Shown piece by piece: positions 1 to 12,852 of a DNA stretch of 64,000 bases. Every line of letters begins with the position of its first letter. The stretch's first letter is position 1. The DNA is from Anthoceros angustus (lineage: Eukaryota; Plantae; Anthocerotophyta): positions 744,001 through 808,000 of the forward strand of contig MU008163.1 of NCBI GenBank assembly GCA_010909165.1, written 5' to 3'. Position numbers and translations under genes: made by a program. A model generated the notes under the pieces. The model worked only from the letters and a program-made list of their open reading frames with translations, was not told the origin of the DNA and searched no databases.

Positions 1-530
1 GCATATGCCTTTATTCCTAAAGAAAAGCGCAAGGAATTTTCAGACAAGGCTCGGAAGCTACTTATGCTGGGCTATACAGAAGGCATTAAAGCCTATAAGC
101 TGTATAATGTCCCTCATCACAAAGTCATCTACTCCAGAAGTGTTACCTTTGACGAAAGCCGCGCTTGGGTTTCAGTGAGAGTTAATCTTCCCTCTGAGGG
201 TGCCGTAGATGATAGCTTCGATGTCCTTCCAGCAGTTACTACTTTTGATTCTGGAACCCAGCTCCATTCTGAGGACATTTTTCTTGCATGAGAAGGCACA
301 GATGATGAATATACCGTATAGACAAGGAGTAGGGAAACTTATCTACGCCGCAAACACCTCTCGTCTAGAAGTCGCTTATGGTATAAGCATTCTTTCGCAA
401 TACCTTGAAAACCCTGGACAACAGCATTGGTCAAGTGTTAAGCGTGTATTTCGTTATCCGAAGGGAACACCACACAGAGGCATCAAGTACTGCTATAAAA
501 AAGGAAAAGGTCTTGATCTTACAGTTTACC
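1..530 (+). mobile_element. Ty1/Copia pol remnant (post-integrase SH3-like segment joined by deletion to RT C-terminus)
   Basis: AYAFIPKEKRK..DKARKLLMLGY..KAYKLY..SRSVTFDE, then PYRQGVGKLIY..LSQYLENPGQQHWSSVKRVFRY.KGT; near-identical to 25415-26735 except for an internal deletion. Confidence 0.9.
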
Positions 531-1953
531 TAATGCAACACTTGGAATGCCCTTCGAGAGCCCATCCAGCAACGGCGGGTTTGGGGAGCTGGCACAGAAG
601 CTTGAAGGACCCGCATTGTGGGATATGACCGTGCTCCGGGTACAAATGATCAACGCCCGCCTTCCAGGCAAGCCAATTTGGCAGTGGGATCATGCAATTG
701 CTCTTTCTGGCGGGGATTACGCAGTTGCACATGCGTACCGATTGGAGGACGTCCCACCACTGCAATTCGGCCCCTCTGGGCGGGAACGGTGGGCATTCCA
801 GCTTGTAGAGCCGTCTGGCTTCTTCACCTCGGAGAAGAAGAATTGGTTGATCACGTTATCAACCAATGATGTTGGCCCTTAGAATGTGCGTACGAAGGAC
901 AAGTGGAAGATCCCCAAGCCTTGATATGTGGGATGTGATCCTAGGTTGGGCAAGGGCATCATGGAACGCCTGAGGGAGATTGCTGGCTTTGTCGTCGACA
1001 TCCTGGATGAGATGAAGAAACGGGATTAAACGATTGCCACCTTCGTGGAGTTGTGCACTCCATCAACATGTGTTATGTTTCATTGCCGCCTTGCCGCAAA
1101 CCGATATGACATCCGAGTTATAGAGCTCGCACCTTGCTTCTTGGACGAGCCGAAGCCGGCAAGTTGTTTAACCGCTGAGAACAGTTTGAAGGAAGACATC
1201 GAGAGCGAGTTGCGGTGGGTGAAGTGGAGCGACCACAGATGGAAAATGCTTGAGCGCACTGTTGGGCCAAGATGGGATGAGGAGCGCATGACGTTGTGGA
1301 CAGGGGCCGAAAAGGGTGTGGGAGGATTGGTGTCTGCAGCATCCAAGGTTGGTGGGAAGCTCGCCATTCTGAAGAAGGAGGTTGACAGACAATGGTGTGT
1401 GGGCTTCGAACACAAGATCCCTTTCGTATACAACCATTGCCACCATTTCATTGCATATGCCGATTTCCGTCTGAATGACAAAGGGATCTTCCATGTCATG
1501 GAAGCATGTGATTTGATTGTGAAGTGTTGTCACTGCATCGGCAGTAGGAAAGGGCATGCTTTGGTGGTTGGGGCAACCTTTGCCTTTGTCTTTACGCCGA
1601 CAGACCTCAATAGTCCTTTGGAGGTGCAAGTCCGTCGCGGCCTTTCCAAGTTGGATTTTCTCTTTGGTTAGCTTTGTTTAGCGCCATCAGATGGCACGTC
1701 CACATTTGTGCCCGTAACATGAAGGCACTGGGCGGTATTACATTTCACTGTTTTCTGTACATCCCAGTGATCGTGGGTTTACATGTCTTTTTCCAATAGC
1801 GAATCCCTCCGAGAAGGCACAGGTGTGCAAATGAACCACCCCCCACGGCCTTCTCCCACATCCGGGTGTGCTAACGCCTGCTGGACATGTCGGGCAAACG
1901 TGAATGGCCCGGTTTTGTGGTCACTTCGATATCGATACACCTTCCTTGTGTCC
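531..1953. mobile_element. CACTA-derived segment (3' end of transposase region plus adjacent degenerate ORF of unknown function)
   Basis: 1473-1953 matches 60514-60983 (end of the CACTA Tnp2/DUF4216 region); 531-790 matches 26731-26990. Confidence 0.65.
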
Positions 1954-2114
1954 TTCCGGTATGTAAATCCCCCACCTCGAGATCCCCTGCATTTGATTCA
2001 ATAAATATTGCATCCATCGGACAGCAAGAACCTTGCTCTTGCAAGAAGATCTTCAACACATGCGTTGTGACATATTCTAACAAATTTCTTTCCTTGATGT
2101 CATCTCTGTCTCAG

Positions 2115-2687
2115 GCTGCACTGTGACAATCCAGAACCGCTGCTCCTACGCGGTCACAAGTTGCGCGCAGTCCCAATCCAGCCCCATCGCGCAGTACCAG
2201 CTGAGCGCCGGACAATCCCAGACGCTGGACTTCGGATCAGGATGCAGCTGGCCGTCGGCTGCAGTATGGGCATCCGTGACAGGGCAGTGCGTGGCTGCTG
2301 GAGGGAACCCAAGCGCCGCTAGCGACAGGAACCGGGCCAATCTTGCGGAATTCAACATCGCCAGCCCCACCGACTACTACGATCTCAGCAACGTGAACGC
2401 CTACACCATCGGGCTCAAGATCGAGCCTGTGGGCAGCAGCTGTGGTGCGCCCTCCTGCACCATATCCGACATCCGCTCCTTCTGCACCGCCAACAACCAG
2501 CTGCAAACTCTGCCCTCGGCGCGCTCACCTGCATCAACACCGACGGCGCAGCAGGCCTGGGCCCCACGGACGGCACCGAGAGTTCAAGGCTGCCTGTCCC
2601 TCTGCCTACAGCTACAACTACGACGACGCCACTTCCACCTTCGCTTGTGCCCATGGCACCAACTACAACGTCATCTTCTGCCCATAA
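2115..2687 (+). pseudogene. Thaumatin-like protein (PR-5), exon 2 only; signal-peptide exon lost
   Basis: [57 protein letters not shown] (one frameshift near 2518); intron 1959-2114 (GTATGT..CAG) homologous to the intron of the 11.1-11.9 kb paralogue. Confidence 0.92.
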
Positions 2688-3226
2688 AGCCATTTCTTCC
2701 GTACCCTGCCCTGCCCTTGCTTTGAATAGAATTCTTCTTCTTCATCTATGACACAAGAGAGCATCCGCATCCCGAGATACTTTCTCGTCTTCTGCCACTT
2801 CTTCCATGCCATGCCGATGAAGAATGGCAATAGAACAGAATAGAGTTCTTTATAATAGAATTCTTTTCCTCATCGAGAAAGACAAAAGTGTATCCGCATC
2901 CAGATCCGAGATACTTTTATTTTTATCTGTATAAAAGGAAGGCCTCACTATTATTTTCTAGATATGAGGGAAGTTCCTTTTCTTGTTTGTACTCGTCTTC
3001 CACATACATAAAAGGACATTATAAACGAAAGGGTTGAAGTGCCTTTCGGGTTCCCGCTTCCACACCTCGAAAGACAGGGCAGCGCATTCCCGCGATTCCA
3101 CACCTCTTCACTTCGTCTGGCTGTGTACCAGCCTCCTTTAGGCTTGCAGCTCGATCGGACCCGGGTGCTTTGGATGAGCATGATGGGGTTGATTCCTTGC
3201 AGCTCCTTGGGATCAGGAAGGCTTGG

Positions 3227-5746
3227 ATGGAGACGATGGCGTTGGATGTCAATGTGGCGGCCAGCACCGATTTCTGGGTCGGCATGGCCCTGGGGCATAT
3301 GCCGCTGTTGGCCGTGGTGATGGTGTACCTCTACTCCCGCTCCCTGGTGGTGAAGAGAGCCAACGGCCAGGTCCCGCCAGGAAGCTTCTGGCAGATACCG
3401 GTGGTGGGTGAGAGCATCCAGCTGCTCAGCGGGAACCCCGACCGCTTCATGCTTCCCAAGATCCGCAAGTAAGTCGTAGGTTTATGCATCCTCATCTTGT
3501 GTTTTGGATGCTGTAGGAGAACAGCTGCTGCGAAGGGGATAGATCTGTAGGTTTTGCGGGCCCGCGCGTGCAGGTACGGGAAGAACTTCCGAACGCACTT
3601 GCTCGGCCATCCCACGGTGTGCGTGACCACGGTGGAGGCCACCAGATTCGTGTCGCACCACCCCATCCTCTTCGCACTCAACTATCAGGCCTCGCAGAAC
3701 GACATCCTGGGTCCAGATGCCATCAGTCAAGTGGACGGGGAGATGCACAACGTGTACCGGAAGATCATCAAGTCCTCGCTTACCACGGACGGGCTCAGGA
3801 CGCTGGCGTCACACATTGATGCCGCGGCCAAGAGCTGGGTTGCTGCCATGGCCGACAAGGATCACATGGAATCTGTGAGGGCGCTTAAGGATGTAGGTGA
3901 CTTGAATAGATGTAGTGATCAGCTGACAGCCTGTGTCGAAGCTCGTCTTTTCTGTGATGGGCTACCTCGTATCTGAAGTCCGTGTCTGCCTGTGTTGATG
4001 GTATGTGCGACTCATGTGCAGTTTACGTTCTGCGTGGCGATGCGCCTCATGTGCGACGACTGGGAACCGTCTGTGGAGCTGGATCGGTTTCGGCAGGACG
4101 TTGGTACCGTGGAGCATGGCCTCTTGGTGGTCCCACTCAGGGTTCCCGGAAGTGCGTGGAGCAAGGCTGTGGAGGTATGGTGGAAGGTTTGAATCTTGAG
4201 AGCCGGGTCCTTGACTGCACGAAGCGTACCATAGATGTACTGATGCATGGGGTGATGAACATTCTGATTTTCTTGGCCGTAGGGATCTGGAAGAGCCTTC
4301 AAGTTCTTGCAGCATCTTATGGACAAGAGAGCAAAAGGGCCGACTGCAACATGACGATATGCTTCAGCAGTTCTTGTCTTGGGAGAGTGATGACGGAGAG
4401 AAGCTGAGTGACGCGCAGATCAGATCCAACATGCTTACTGTCCTCTTTGCAGCTCATGATACCACAACGTGTGCCCTGATGTGGGTTCTGTACAACATGT
4501 GCCAGTATCCAGAGCTCGCAAAGCGAGTCCGAGTAAGTCAGATCGTGCTCACTAATTTTCCGAGACTTCGTGATGTTTGTGATGTGTGCTCTGCATCCTT
4601 GCCTTGTAGATGTAAGGTTTATGGTTGTTTGAATTTGTGGTGCGTGCAGGATGAGCATGAGGAGTTTGCAAGGGACAACCCTCCAGACGCCGCTATCAAA
4701 TGGGAGGAAATGACCAGGGCACTGACTTACACTACTCGAGTACGTCTAATTCCAATTAGCCCCACTCTGTGCCTTCTTCTTCACAGCGTTTGCAAGTGAA
4801 ATCTTGAGCCGCACTGTTGAGACCTCCGGTAGACTTTCAAGTTCCCTTCGTGCTCACGTTTGTGTGGTATGTGCTCCTGAATTCGACATGCTGCCAGTTT
4901 TGCAAGAGACAATGAGACTGGTTAACATTGCGGGTTTCAGCCCTCAAAGCAAAAGAGGATGTGGTGTTGGATGGTAAGCACTTCTGGAAAGACTTCTCTT
5001 AGATATCGTGCTGTACATGATAATGTTTTCATGTTGTCACCTAAGAGCCCTCCTGACCTCGTCCGCATATATCTGCATCGTCATGATGACAAGTTGGGTT
5101 TTCCTCTTTCAGGCATGCTGATTCCAAAAGGCTGGCAGGTGCTTACATGGTACCGCTATTTCCATCTGGACTCAGAGGTGTACCCTGATCCGCTAAGATT
5201 TGATCCTGATCGATTTGAGGTAACAAACGTTTACCAAAATTCTCGGATTGTAGCATGGGCTTCATTTGTGATTGAAGGCAAGATCACTTACTCGATGGGC
5301 ACAGCTTACATGCAAAGAGTGGTTGTTGCTGTCCGGAGTGATCATCTGTTCTGGTGGGTAGGTTCCCTTCGGCTGTTCGTGCCCTGGCCACTGACTAGAC
5401 CTTTGGAATGTTCACCAGGCGAAGCCCAAGTTCAATACCTTCACACCTTTTGGTAACGGAGACCGAATCTGTGTTGGCAAAGATCTGGCGAGACAGCAAA
5501 TTCTCATTTTTCTGCATCGTTTTCTACACGTGTTTGAGTAAGACACACTGCATCCCGTAGAAGCCATCAAGCTTGAAATTACCTTCAAGAGTACTCACGG
5601 CTCCTGGATGTTGTGTGCACACATACAGGTTCGAGCCAGCAGGAGTAGTTCCTTTTCCGAAGCAGCATGTCTGGCCCATTCCCTACCCGGCAGACGGTTT
5701 TCCGCTGACGCTGCGGAAGAAGGAGAATTCAAAACTAGAGCAATGA
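3227..5746 (+). CDS. Cytochrome P450, CYP85 clan (CYP707-like), 9 exons
   Basis: TM anchor + PPGS; KYGKNFRTHLLGHPTV; I-helix FAAHDTT; ETMR (ExxR); FDPDRF; heme motif PFGNGDRICVG; GT-AG introns (e.g. 3469-3573); stop TGA 5744-5746; about three small indels in exons 4 and 6. Confidence 0.93.
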
Positions 5747-6479
5747 GTTGCTGATCAACTGTCAGACCAATGAAGAACATACGGTCCTGGCTGAAGGCAG
5801 TGAAGATCGGAGGCTTTCCTTCGCAACTTTGTGCGCGAGACTGAACTCCCCATTATTCTATTCGTGAGCCAACATGTGAAACATTGCTTGTCGAGAAGTG
5901 CATGACTTGTTCTAAACGTAACGACTAGCTTTCCTAGATCTGAAAGAGAATTTTTAATTACTACGCTGGTTTACTACAGGGAATCCAACAAACTCGTGGC
6001 TGCAGACATCATAACTTGATGCCCTTGTTCTGGGAAGGTAGCGTTCGGCATGAGCCATGGCGCCGGTACCCATGACCATCTTCTGATGGGTCGCGAAGCT
6101 TTGCCCTTGCATAACACCATAGACACCAAAGGAGGGATACCTGCATGTCCTACATGTCCTGACTATCCTGGCATCAGGCCTAGCAGATCAAATTACCCCG
6201 TCTGTTCTGTTTGACCAAGTCCATCAAAAGACTCTTTGAGCATCTTCCAAGCTGCCCTACTTTGCATACCATTTTATTGCACTGCAGGCTACAAACTTAT
6301 CACCTTCATGTCCGTGTCCAGCATTATTTTGCACATGAAGCTGCTTCCCGTCCCAAAGCTGTGCTGCCTGTAGATGTGTTGAGGCCTGTAGATAGACCAA
6401 CTAGGAGCGGGTGCAGAGAGGTCGAAGAGCTGAAGCTGCGATCGCGCACATGAAGGCGAGCGGCTCATAGGCGAGGGGT

Positions 6480-9130
6480 TTAGTTCTCTGTCCCCCTCAA
6501 CTGGATAATCCAAGTGTCTGCCAGAATTTCTTGGCCAGCAGGGGTTAGGTGGCCCTCAGGTAGGTTCCTCAACCCGGGTCTTGAGGTCTTATAAAGATAA
6601 CGAGTCCTGCAGCATGGTATCGGGCTCATGCTGGATGAGTCGAAGCACATCAGCGACAGTCTGGCCTCGGCCACACTCAATATCATAACCCACCGCTCCC
6701 TTCGCTCAGTGACCCGCACAATATTGCTGTTGCCGAACAAGTTGTGCGTGTTCCCGAGAATAGGAATCTCCTGATGGCCACCTGCACGGATCATGCCCAT
6801 GTAGTAGAACTTGCCAGGCTGCAAGGCCTGCACCTCCAGGTAGTGGTTCGGGTTGCCATACACGTCCTTGCACATCTTGCCATGATTAGGGTCATTCAAA
6901 TGAACAAAGTCGTTGCATAAATATATGAATGTGCAAATAAACTTTCTCAAACATATGGGCATCCAATGAATGTTCGATTCATTTTCAATGACCATGAAAT
7001 GGACACGGCCGCTTCATTGTGTGCGCCCGGATGCGCGAGACTCGATCACGAAGGTCGTGGATTCGGATCCCGATCCGGAGGAGGATCCATATCTTGCATT
7101 GCAGCTCCAGGTGCAGTAGGAACAGGCCGAGCCGGCTTCTTCCGCTTGGACCTTGACCTGAATGCGGGTGGAAACAGGTGGAGTGGAGGAGGAGCTGGGC
7201 CAGACATGTGTGAGATGAACGTAGTCTAGGATACGGCTGCTACTGCTGCAATCCACCGACAGTGCTTGCTTGGGTCCAAGGTCGAGGAACTAGTACGCTG
7301 GGTCTGGCTGGAATGCTTGTCGAGCAGCTGGTGTGTGAGGTTCCCGGCTCCTGCTCCTGCTTGGAACATGCCAACCAATCCCTAGGCACCACAGCCAGCG
7401 GTTGCACCAGCGGCATGAGCAGCCACCTGCAAACGTACCGGCGGGACATGGAGGTCCTTTTCTAGATCCTCAAACAGCAGCCCCTGGACAAACATCCACA
7501 CAGACCCAACATACCAATTCCTCGACCTTGGGCCAGGACTCTTGGTGGATTGCAGCAGGAGCATCAGCCGGATCCGACACCAGGTTCACCTCACATCATG
7601 CTTCATCTCACATCATGCTTCAAGATAATGTCCCAGCTCCTCCTCCACTCCAATTATTCCCGCCCGCACCCAGGTCAACATCCAAGCGCAAGAAACCGCC
7701 TCGGCCTGGTCCTGTTGCACCTGAAGTTGCAATGCAGGATATGGGTCCTCCTCTGGATCAGGATCCGAATCCACAACCTCGTGATCGCCTCCACTCCAGT
7801 TCTGACGCAGACAATCAAGCAAAGTATCTGAAGCTCCAAGCAAAGGATGCAGGGGAGCTGCCCGGAGGAACCTGCTCGGTTCCCAGACCTGCTCCTCCTC
7901 CGATCCCATGCCTTCAGATAGAGCTTCCGCCGCCTCCCAGGCCAGCTGTTCCCATGGCATTAGCTGCTGATGCTCATGCCCATCCTGATGCGGAATAACC
8001 GGAAGCAGTGCAGGAGCTCTAAGCCATGGACTACTTCACCCCTCAGCTGCTGCACTCACTTAAACCAAGTACAGCAAACCACTGGAGGCTGCATTGGAAC
8101 TTGGCGCTCCCCATCCTCGCTTGCAGGTTGCATCCTGGACCCTCACCACGCTGAGCCCCAGGCCCCTCACCACCCAATCCGAAGTGAAAATGGAGCATCT
8201 GCAAGCAGTCCAGCATGCCCACCGCCCTCACCTTGCCCACCACCCTCACACAAGTTCCGGGATGTCAGACCAAACTTGCCATCATCCTCGAAGGTCTTCC
8301 CCACTGACCACCGCGCTTCGTGCTCAGCTTCGCCCTAAAGCCGATGACGGGCTTCACGTCCATGTCCCGGCTGGTTGCCACCATGATGTCGGACTCGTGG
8401 TCCTGCTCCAACACGATGATGGAGTTGAGCTGCATCTTCCTGGCTGTTAGGCCAAGGGCGATGTGCTCTGCGCCCTTACCACTGCAAATCACAAAAGCTC
8501 GGGGACCGGCCTTGCATACGCACTCCATCACCATCAGAAGTCCGGCTTGGACCCCGGTTCCAGGCCATAGTCGAGTCCCTCCGGTACTCCATGATGTCCC
8601 CACGATCTGCCGGTCCGGATTGCACTTCATTGGGACAACCCACGGAACACTCCGCTGTAGCTCTGACTGGCAATGGCCTCAACAAAGGCATTGTTCAAAG
8701 TATGAAGCCTGTGCCTTAGAATGTCCGGGAACCACATGATGAGGCTGTGCCCGACCCAGGGCTAGCCCTGCCCACGATCTGCTCCACGGCCTCCTGCACG
8801 TCAATCTCCTCTCCTGCCTGCGTGTCCTGCCCGTGAGGCTGCACACACGTACATGTGCCCCATGTCATGGATTGTAGTATGGGGCACCCCATATCCACGC
8901 TCCACGAGCCGGAGGACTGTGCCACGCCAAGCCCATGCCCATGACCATGCCCAAGTCCGGCTGCAGGCTGGCGGGCTGGAGCATCCTTGTGTGGGAGGAG
9001 CTCGACTTCCGCTGGGTGGGGCCATTTCACCTTCCTTCCCGCGCCACTCCATCACACGCACCTGACACAAATGTCCCCACCCAGACACGTCTTTTAGGTA
9101 ACAGATTCATAACCAACAAAGGCAGGCTTG
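6480..9130 (-). pseudogene. ADC: Arginine decarboxylase pseudogene; middle portion deleted or replaced
   Basis: PHGQDTQAGEEIDV; LIMWFPDILRHRL; MKCNPDRQIV (PLP-lysine motif); ARKMQLNSIIVLEQ..KPVIGFRAKLSTK; GMLDCLQMLHFHFG; C-terminal YYMGMI..HQEI..LGNTHNLFG and TVADVLRLIQHEP; many frameshifts. Confidence 0.9.
6940..8050. other. Unidentified Pro/Gly-rich segment occupying the missing ADC middle
   Basis: No ADC motifs between ~6940 and ~8050; low-complexity ORF 7402-7998. Confidence 0.4.
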
Positions 9131-10127
9131 CAAGCAACGGTGTGCAAAAACTCTGTTTGTAAACAGCTTTCTCTTTTCTCTTCATCAATTACTATCAGTA
9201 GACCAAGGTAAATATTCGTCTTTCAGCAGGAAGAAGGAAACAAGGTCTTCTCTGACAACTGTCTGCAAGAACCCTAAACATCAGTCTACGATCCACAACT
9301 CCCCATCACGATGTATGTATGGATTTATGGGTACGACATGGCCAGCAGCTGCAGCACAAAACAAACCAACATGACGGAAAGACATACACATAGAAGCGTC
9401 GCCGCTAGCGCTGCATCCAACCCTACACGGACGCGCGCGTGAGTTCACGCATTGCAGCACTAGGCTACACGGCCACAGCGGAGAAACAAGGTAGAAACAT
9501 GCGGAGGGCACAGCACTAGCAGGACACCTCCAGGACAGGAAGCACCTGAACTTGAGCGGCTGAAGGCTGCAGAAAGCCGACGGGAGCTGGCTGTGGAGGC
9601 GCGGTGGGCTAACACAAGCCGGGTCTCGAGCAACACAGCAATGCAATGCAAGAACGCCAATCACTCCACGAACTCAACACTGGTCAGTCCACAAACTCCC
9701 CATCATGGTGCGTACATCAACTATGTATGTAGGGGTAAGACATGGCCGCTACCCGGCCGTCGACATGGAGAAAACGTACAAACAGCCAGGGTTAGGGGAG
9801 CTTACCTCGGGGACAGGAAACACCAAAAGGCTGAAAGCTGTAGAAAGCCTACGGGATCAACTCCTGTGGAGTCACAAGCTGGATCTCGAGCTACCACTCA
9901 CAGCAGCAGCTTCAAGCAAGCGTCCCTGCCACGTTAACCTCGCTCGGCAGCCAATCCATGCTCCATAGAAACCGGTGCCCGCAACGGAGGAACAGCTAGC
10001 GCTACCAAGGCAAGGCAGCGTGAGGTGCCTACAGCACCAGGACACTAGGGCGGCGCGGGCTGCAGATCCACACAACGCGGGAGGGCGAGCGGGCGGAAGA
10101 CCCCTGCGGCAGGGTAGGGTAGGATAG

Positions 10128-10600
10128 CGCGCCACTCCATCACACGCACCTGAAACAAATGTACCCACCCACGCACGTCTCTTAGGTAACAGATGTCAGC
10201 ACCATAACCAGCAAAGGCAGGCTTTGCAAGCAACGGTGTGCAAAAACGCTGTAAAATGGGTACGATATGGCCAGCCGCCGCAGCACAAACAAACAAACAC
10301 GACCGAAAGGCCGACAGACACAAGCATCACCGCGTTCCGCTAAACAAACACAAGCGTCACCGCTGCATCCAAACCCTACACGGATGTGCGCGCGAGTTCA
10401 TGCATTGCAGCTCTAGGCTACACAGCGACAGCTTACCACACATGGAAGAAACACAGAAATATCCAGGGCAGATCGGGAGCTTACCTCGGAGACAGGCAGC
10501 AGCAAAGGCTGAAGGCTGCAAAGCGTCGACGGGAGAAGCTCCTGGTATACACAAGCAAGGCTGTGGAGCTCATCCAAGGGTGCAATCTTTCTAAACGCAC
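10128..10600 (-). repeat. Rearranged partial copy of ADC start and upstream leader
   Basis: 10128-10250 ~ 9040-9150; 10257-10430 ~ 9328-9470; 10475-10575 ~ 9795-9890. Confidence 0.8.
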
Positions 10601-11068
10601 ACCTCAGCCTCCTTAGCAGCCCAAACCTCCAGACATGATGGTCAGTTTCATGCCATTGTGCTTAACTAACTTGCAGGTCAAGAAGATGTCAATCCGAATC
10701 TGATGCACAATGCATAAAATCTACCAGCAGGGTTTAGGGTTCACACTCTTTGTATGTAACATGCTGATATCACAACCCACAGGTTGAACCTTTCTCCATA
10801 GCAGGAATTCGTGGCAACAGAGAAGAAGTTCCGCTTTCACGAAGAAATCGTCCTTTCTCCATTGCACTCCCAGCTGTCACGGTTGTAGAACTATGAAAGA
10901 AGCTGGAGTCGGGCTTCAAGCAGGTGTGGAGAAGTGGTTGCAGTACCGGCAATCTTATTTATTACTAGACTTTCGCTTCAAGCATCCTAAAAGAGAAACA
11001 GGCCTAGCGACAAAATGAGATGGCCAGATGGAGGGCCATTTCTTCCATAGCAGGATATGGAAATGGCT

Positions 11069-11883
11069 TTATGGACAGAAGATGACATTGTAGCTGGTGT
11101 AATGTGCGCAAGAGAATAGGGAAGAGCCGTCGTCGTAGTTGTAGCTGTAGGATGAGGGGCAGGCGGACTCGAACTCCCGGGTGCCGTCGGTGGGGCCTCT
11201 GCCGGCGGCGCCGTCAGTGTTGATGCAGGTGAGGGCGCCGGAAGGCATAGCTCGCAGCTGGTTGTTGGCGGTGCAGAAGGAGGCGATGTCGCGGATGCTG
11301 CAGGAGGCGTCTCGCATCTGCTGCCCACGGGCTCGATCTTGAGCCCGATGGTGTAAACGTTCACGTTGCTGAGATCGTAGTAGTCGGTGGGGCCGACGAG
11401 GTTGAATTCCGCAATGTTGGCCAGGTTCCTGTCGCTGGCGGCACTAGGGTTCCCTCCGGCAGCCACACACTGGCCTGTCACGGACGCCCATACTGCCGCC
11501 GACGGCCAGACGCCTCCGGCCCGAAGTCCATGGTCTGCGACCCCCATGGGCAGCCTGTACTGCGCGATGGGATCGCCGCGGGACTGCGCACAAGCTGTGA
11601 CCGCGTAGGTGCAGCGGTTCACTATTGTCACGGTGGAGCCTACAGCGAGAGATGGAGAGACAGACGACATGTGTCAAAACCATGCACCGAACATCTTGTA
11701 ATAGCAAGCGCAAGCTTCTTGCTGGGTCCGATCATCGATGCAACAGTAAATCAAATGCAGTGGCCAAGATTGAGGAGATTTGCAAAGGTCGAGGATTTCC
11801 ATACCGTGCACGGCGACCACCAGGAAGCTGGCTGCCACCAGAGTGGCCATTGCAAGAACGGACGATGCATTGTAGGTGGCCAT
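11069..11883 (-). CDS. Thaumatin-like protein (PR-5), secreted, 2 exons (11805-11883; 11069-11639)
   Basis: Signal peptide MATYNASSVLAMATLVAASFLVVAVHG; intron 11640-11804 GT..AG; STVTIVNRC..AEFNL..DYYDLSNV..ACPSSYSYNYDD..YNVIFCP*; small indels probably sequencing errors. Confidence 0.93.
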
Positions 11884-12235
11884 GTCGTGCCCGGAGCCGA
11901 TTTCCGACAGGTCGGTGGGACGGTAGCTCAGCTGCGCACAAATCAATGGAGAGTCTGACTCAATGCAACACTAGTCAACATATGTATCAGCATCAACGGC
12001 TCGGACTCAATGCAGCAGTACTCAACATATACGTCTATGTTGATGTTGAGGCTCTTGTTATAAAAACCATGGACTCTAAATCTATGTCCAATCAACACAC
12101 TTGAGAGTGCAAACATACAAATCCAGACAATAATAGATAATACTTACATAGAAATCTGAATATGTTAGCCTCATTGAGCACTACATATATAGTCTCTATA
12201 CTTGGCATAATCTCGATACTATAAATTTAATCTCG

Positions 12236-12440
12236 ATCATAATAATATTAATCATAATATTAATCATACTATTAATTATACTATTAATCATACTATTAAT
12301 CATAATATTAATCATACTATTAATCATAATATTAATCATACCATTAATCATACTATTAATCATAATATTAATCATACTATTAATCATACTATTAATCATA
12401 ATATTAATCATACTATTAATCATACTATTAATCATAATAT
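12236..12440. repeat. AT-rich 12-bp minisatellite (AATCATA[C/A]TATT)n
   Basis: About 17 tandem units; produces the spurious MINS/MINI ORF. Confidence 0.95.
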
Positions 12441-12852
12441 AATATTAATAGTACTAATATTAATTATTTTAATTAATATAAATTAATCTAAGTCATTTTG
12501 ATGAGATTTGTGAGTATGTCGAGCTACCACATTCCACTAATGACTCTCACCTATGATCGTTTCTGCAAAACCCTTCTTGTTCGTTCCATTAACACTTAGT
12601 GGAGTTCCCAAATTTGCTAGAGTTGCTTGGACTAGTATATAGTAATATCCATATAAATTCATAGTCGAGGATTATGCTGATTTCAAAGACTATAAGTAGT
12701 AGCTGTGCCAATGGGTGTTATAACTTTCTAGAAAAGCATTATGCGGGCCTACAGCTGCGTTTGGAAATATGCCAATGGGTGTTATAACTTTCTACAAAAG
12801 TTCCTAATCCACGAACCCTTTAACTCTTAACACCTAAGACCCTAAACTCTAA

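Noticed and set aside
3227-5746. Assigning the symbol CYP707A
   Set aside because: The motifs support the clan only; the family needs a phylogeny.
12196-12435. MINSMINI repeat ORF
   Set aside because: Translation of a 12-bp minisatellite, not a gene.
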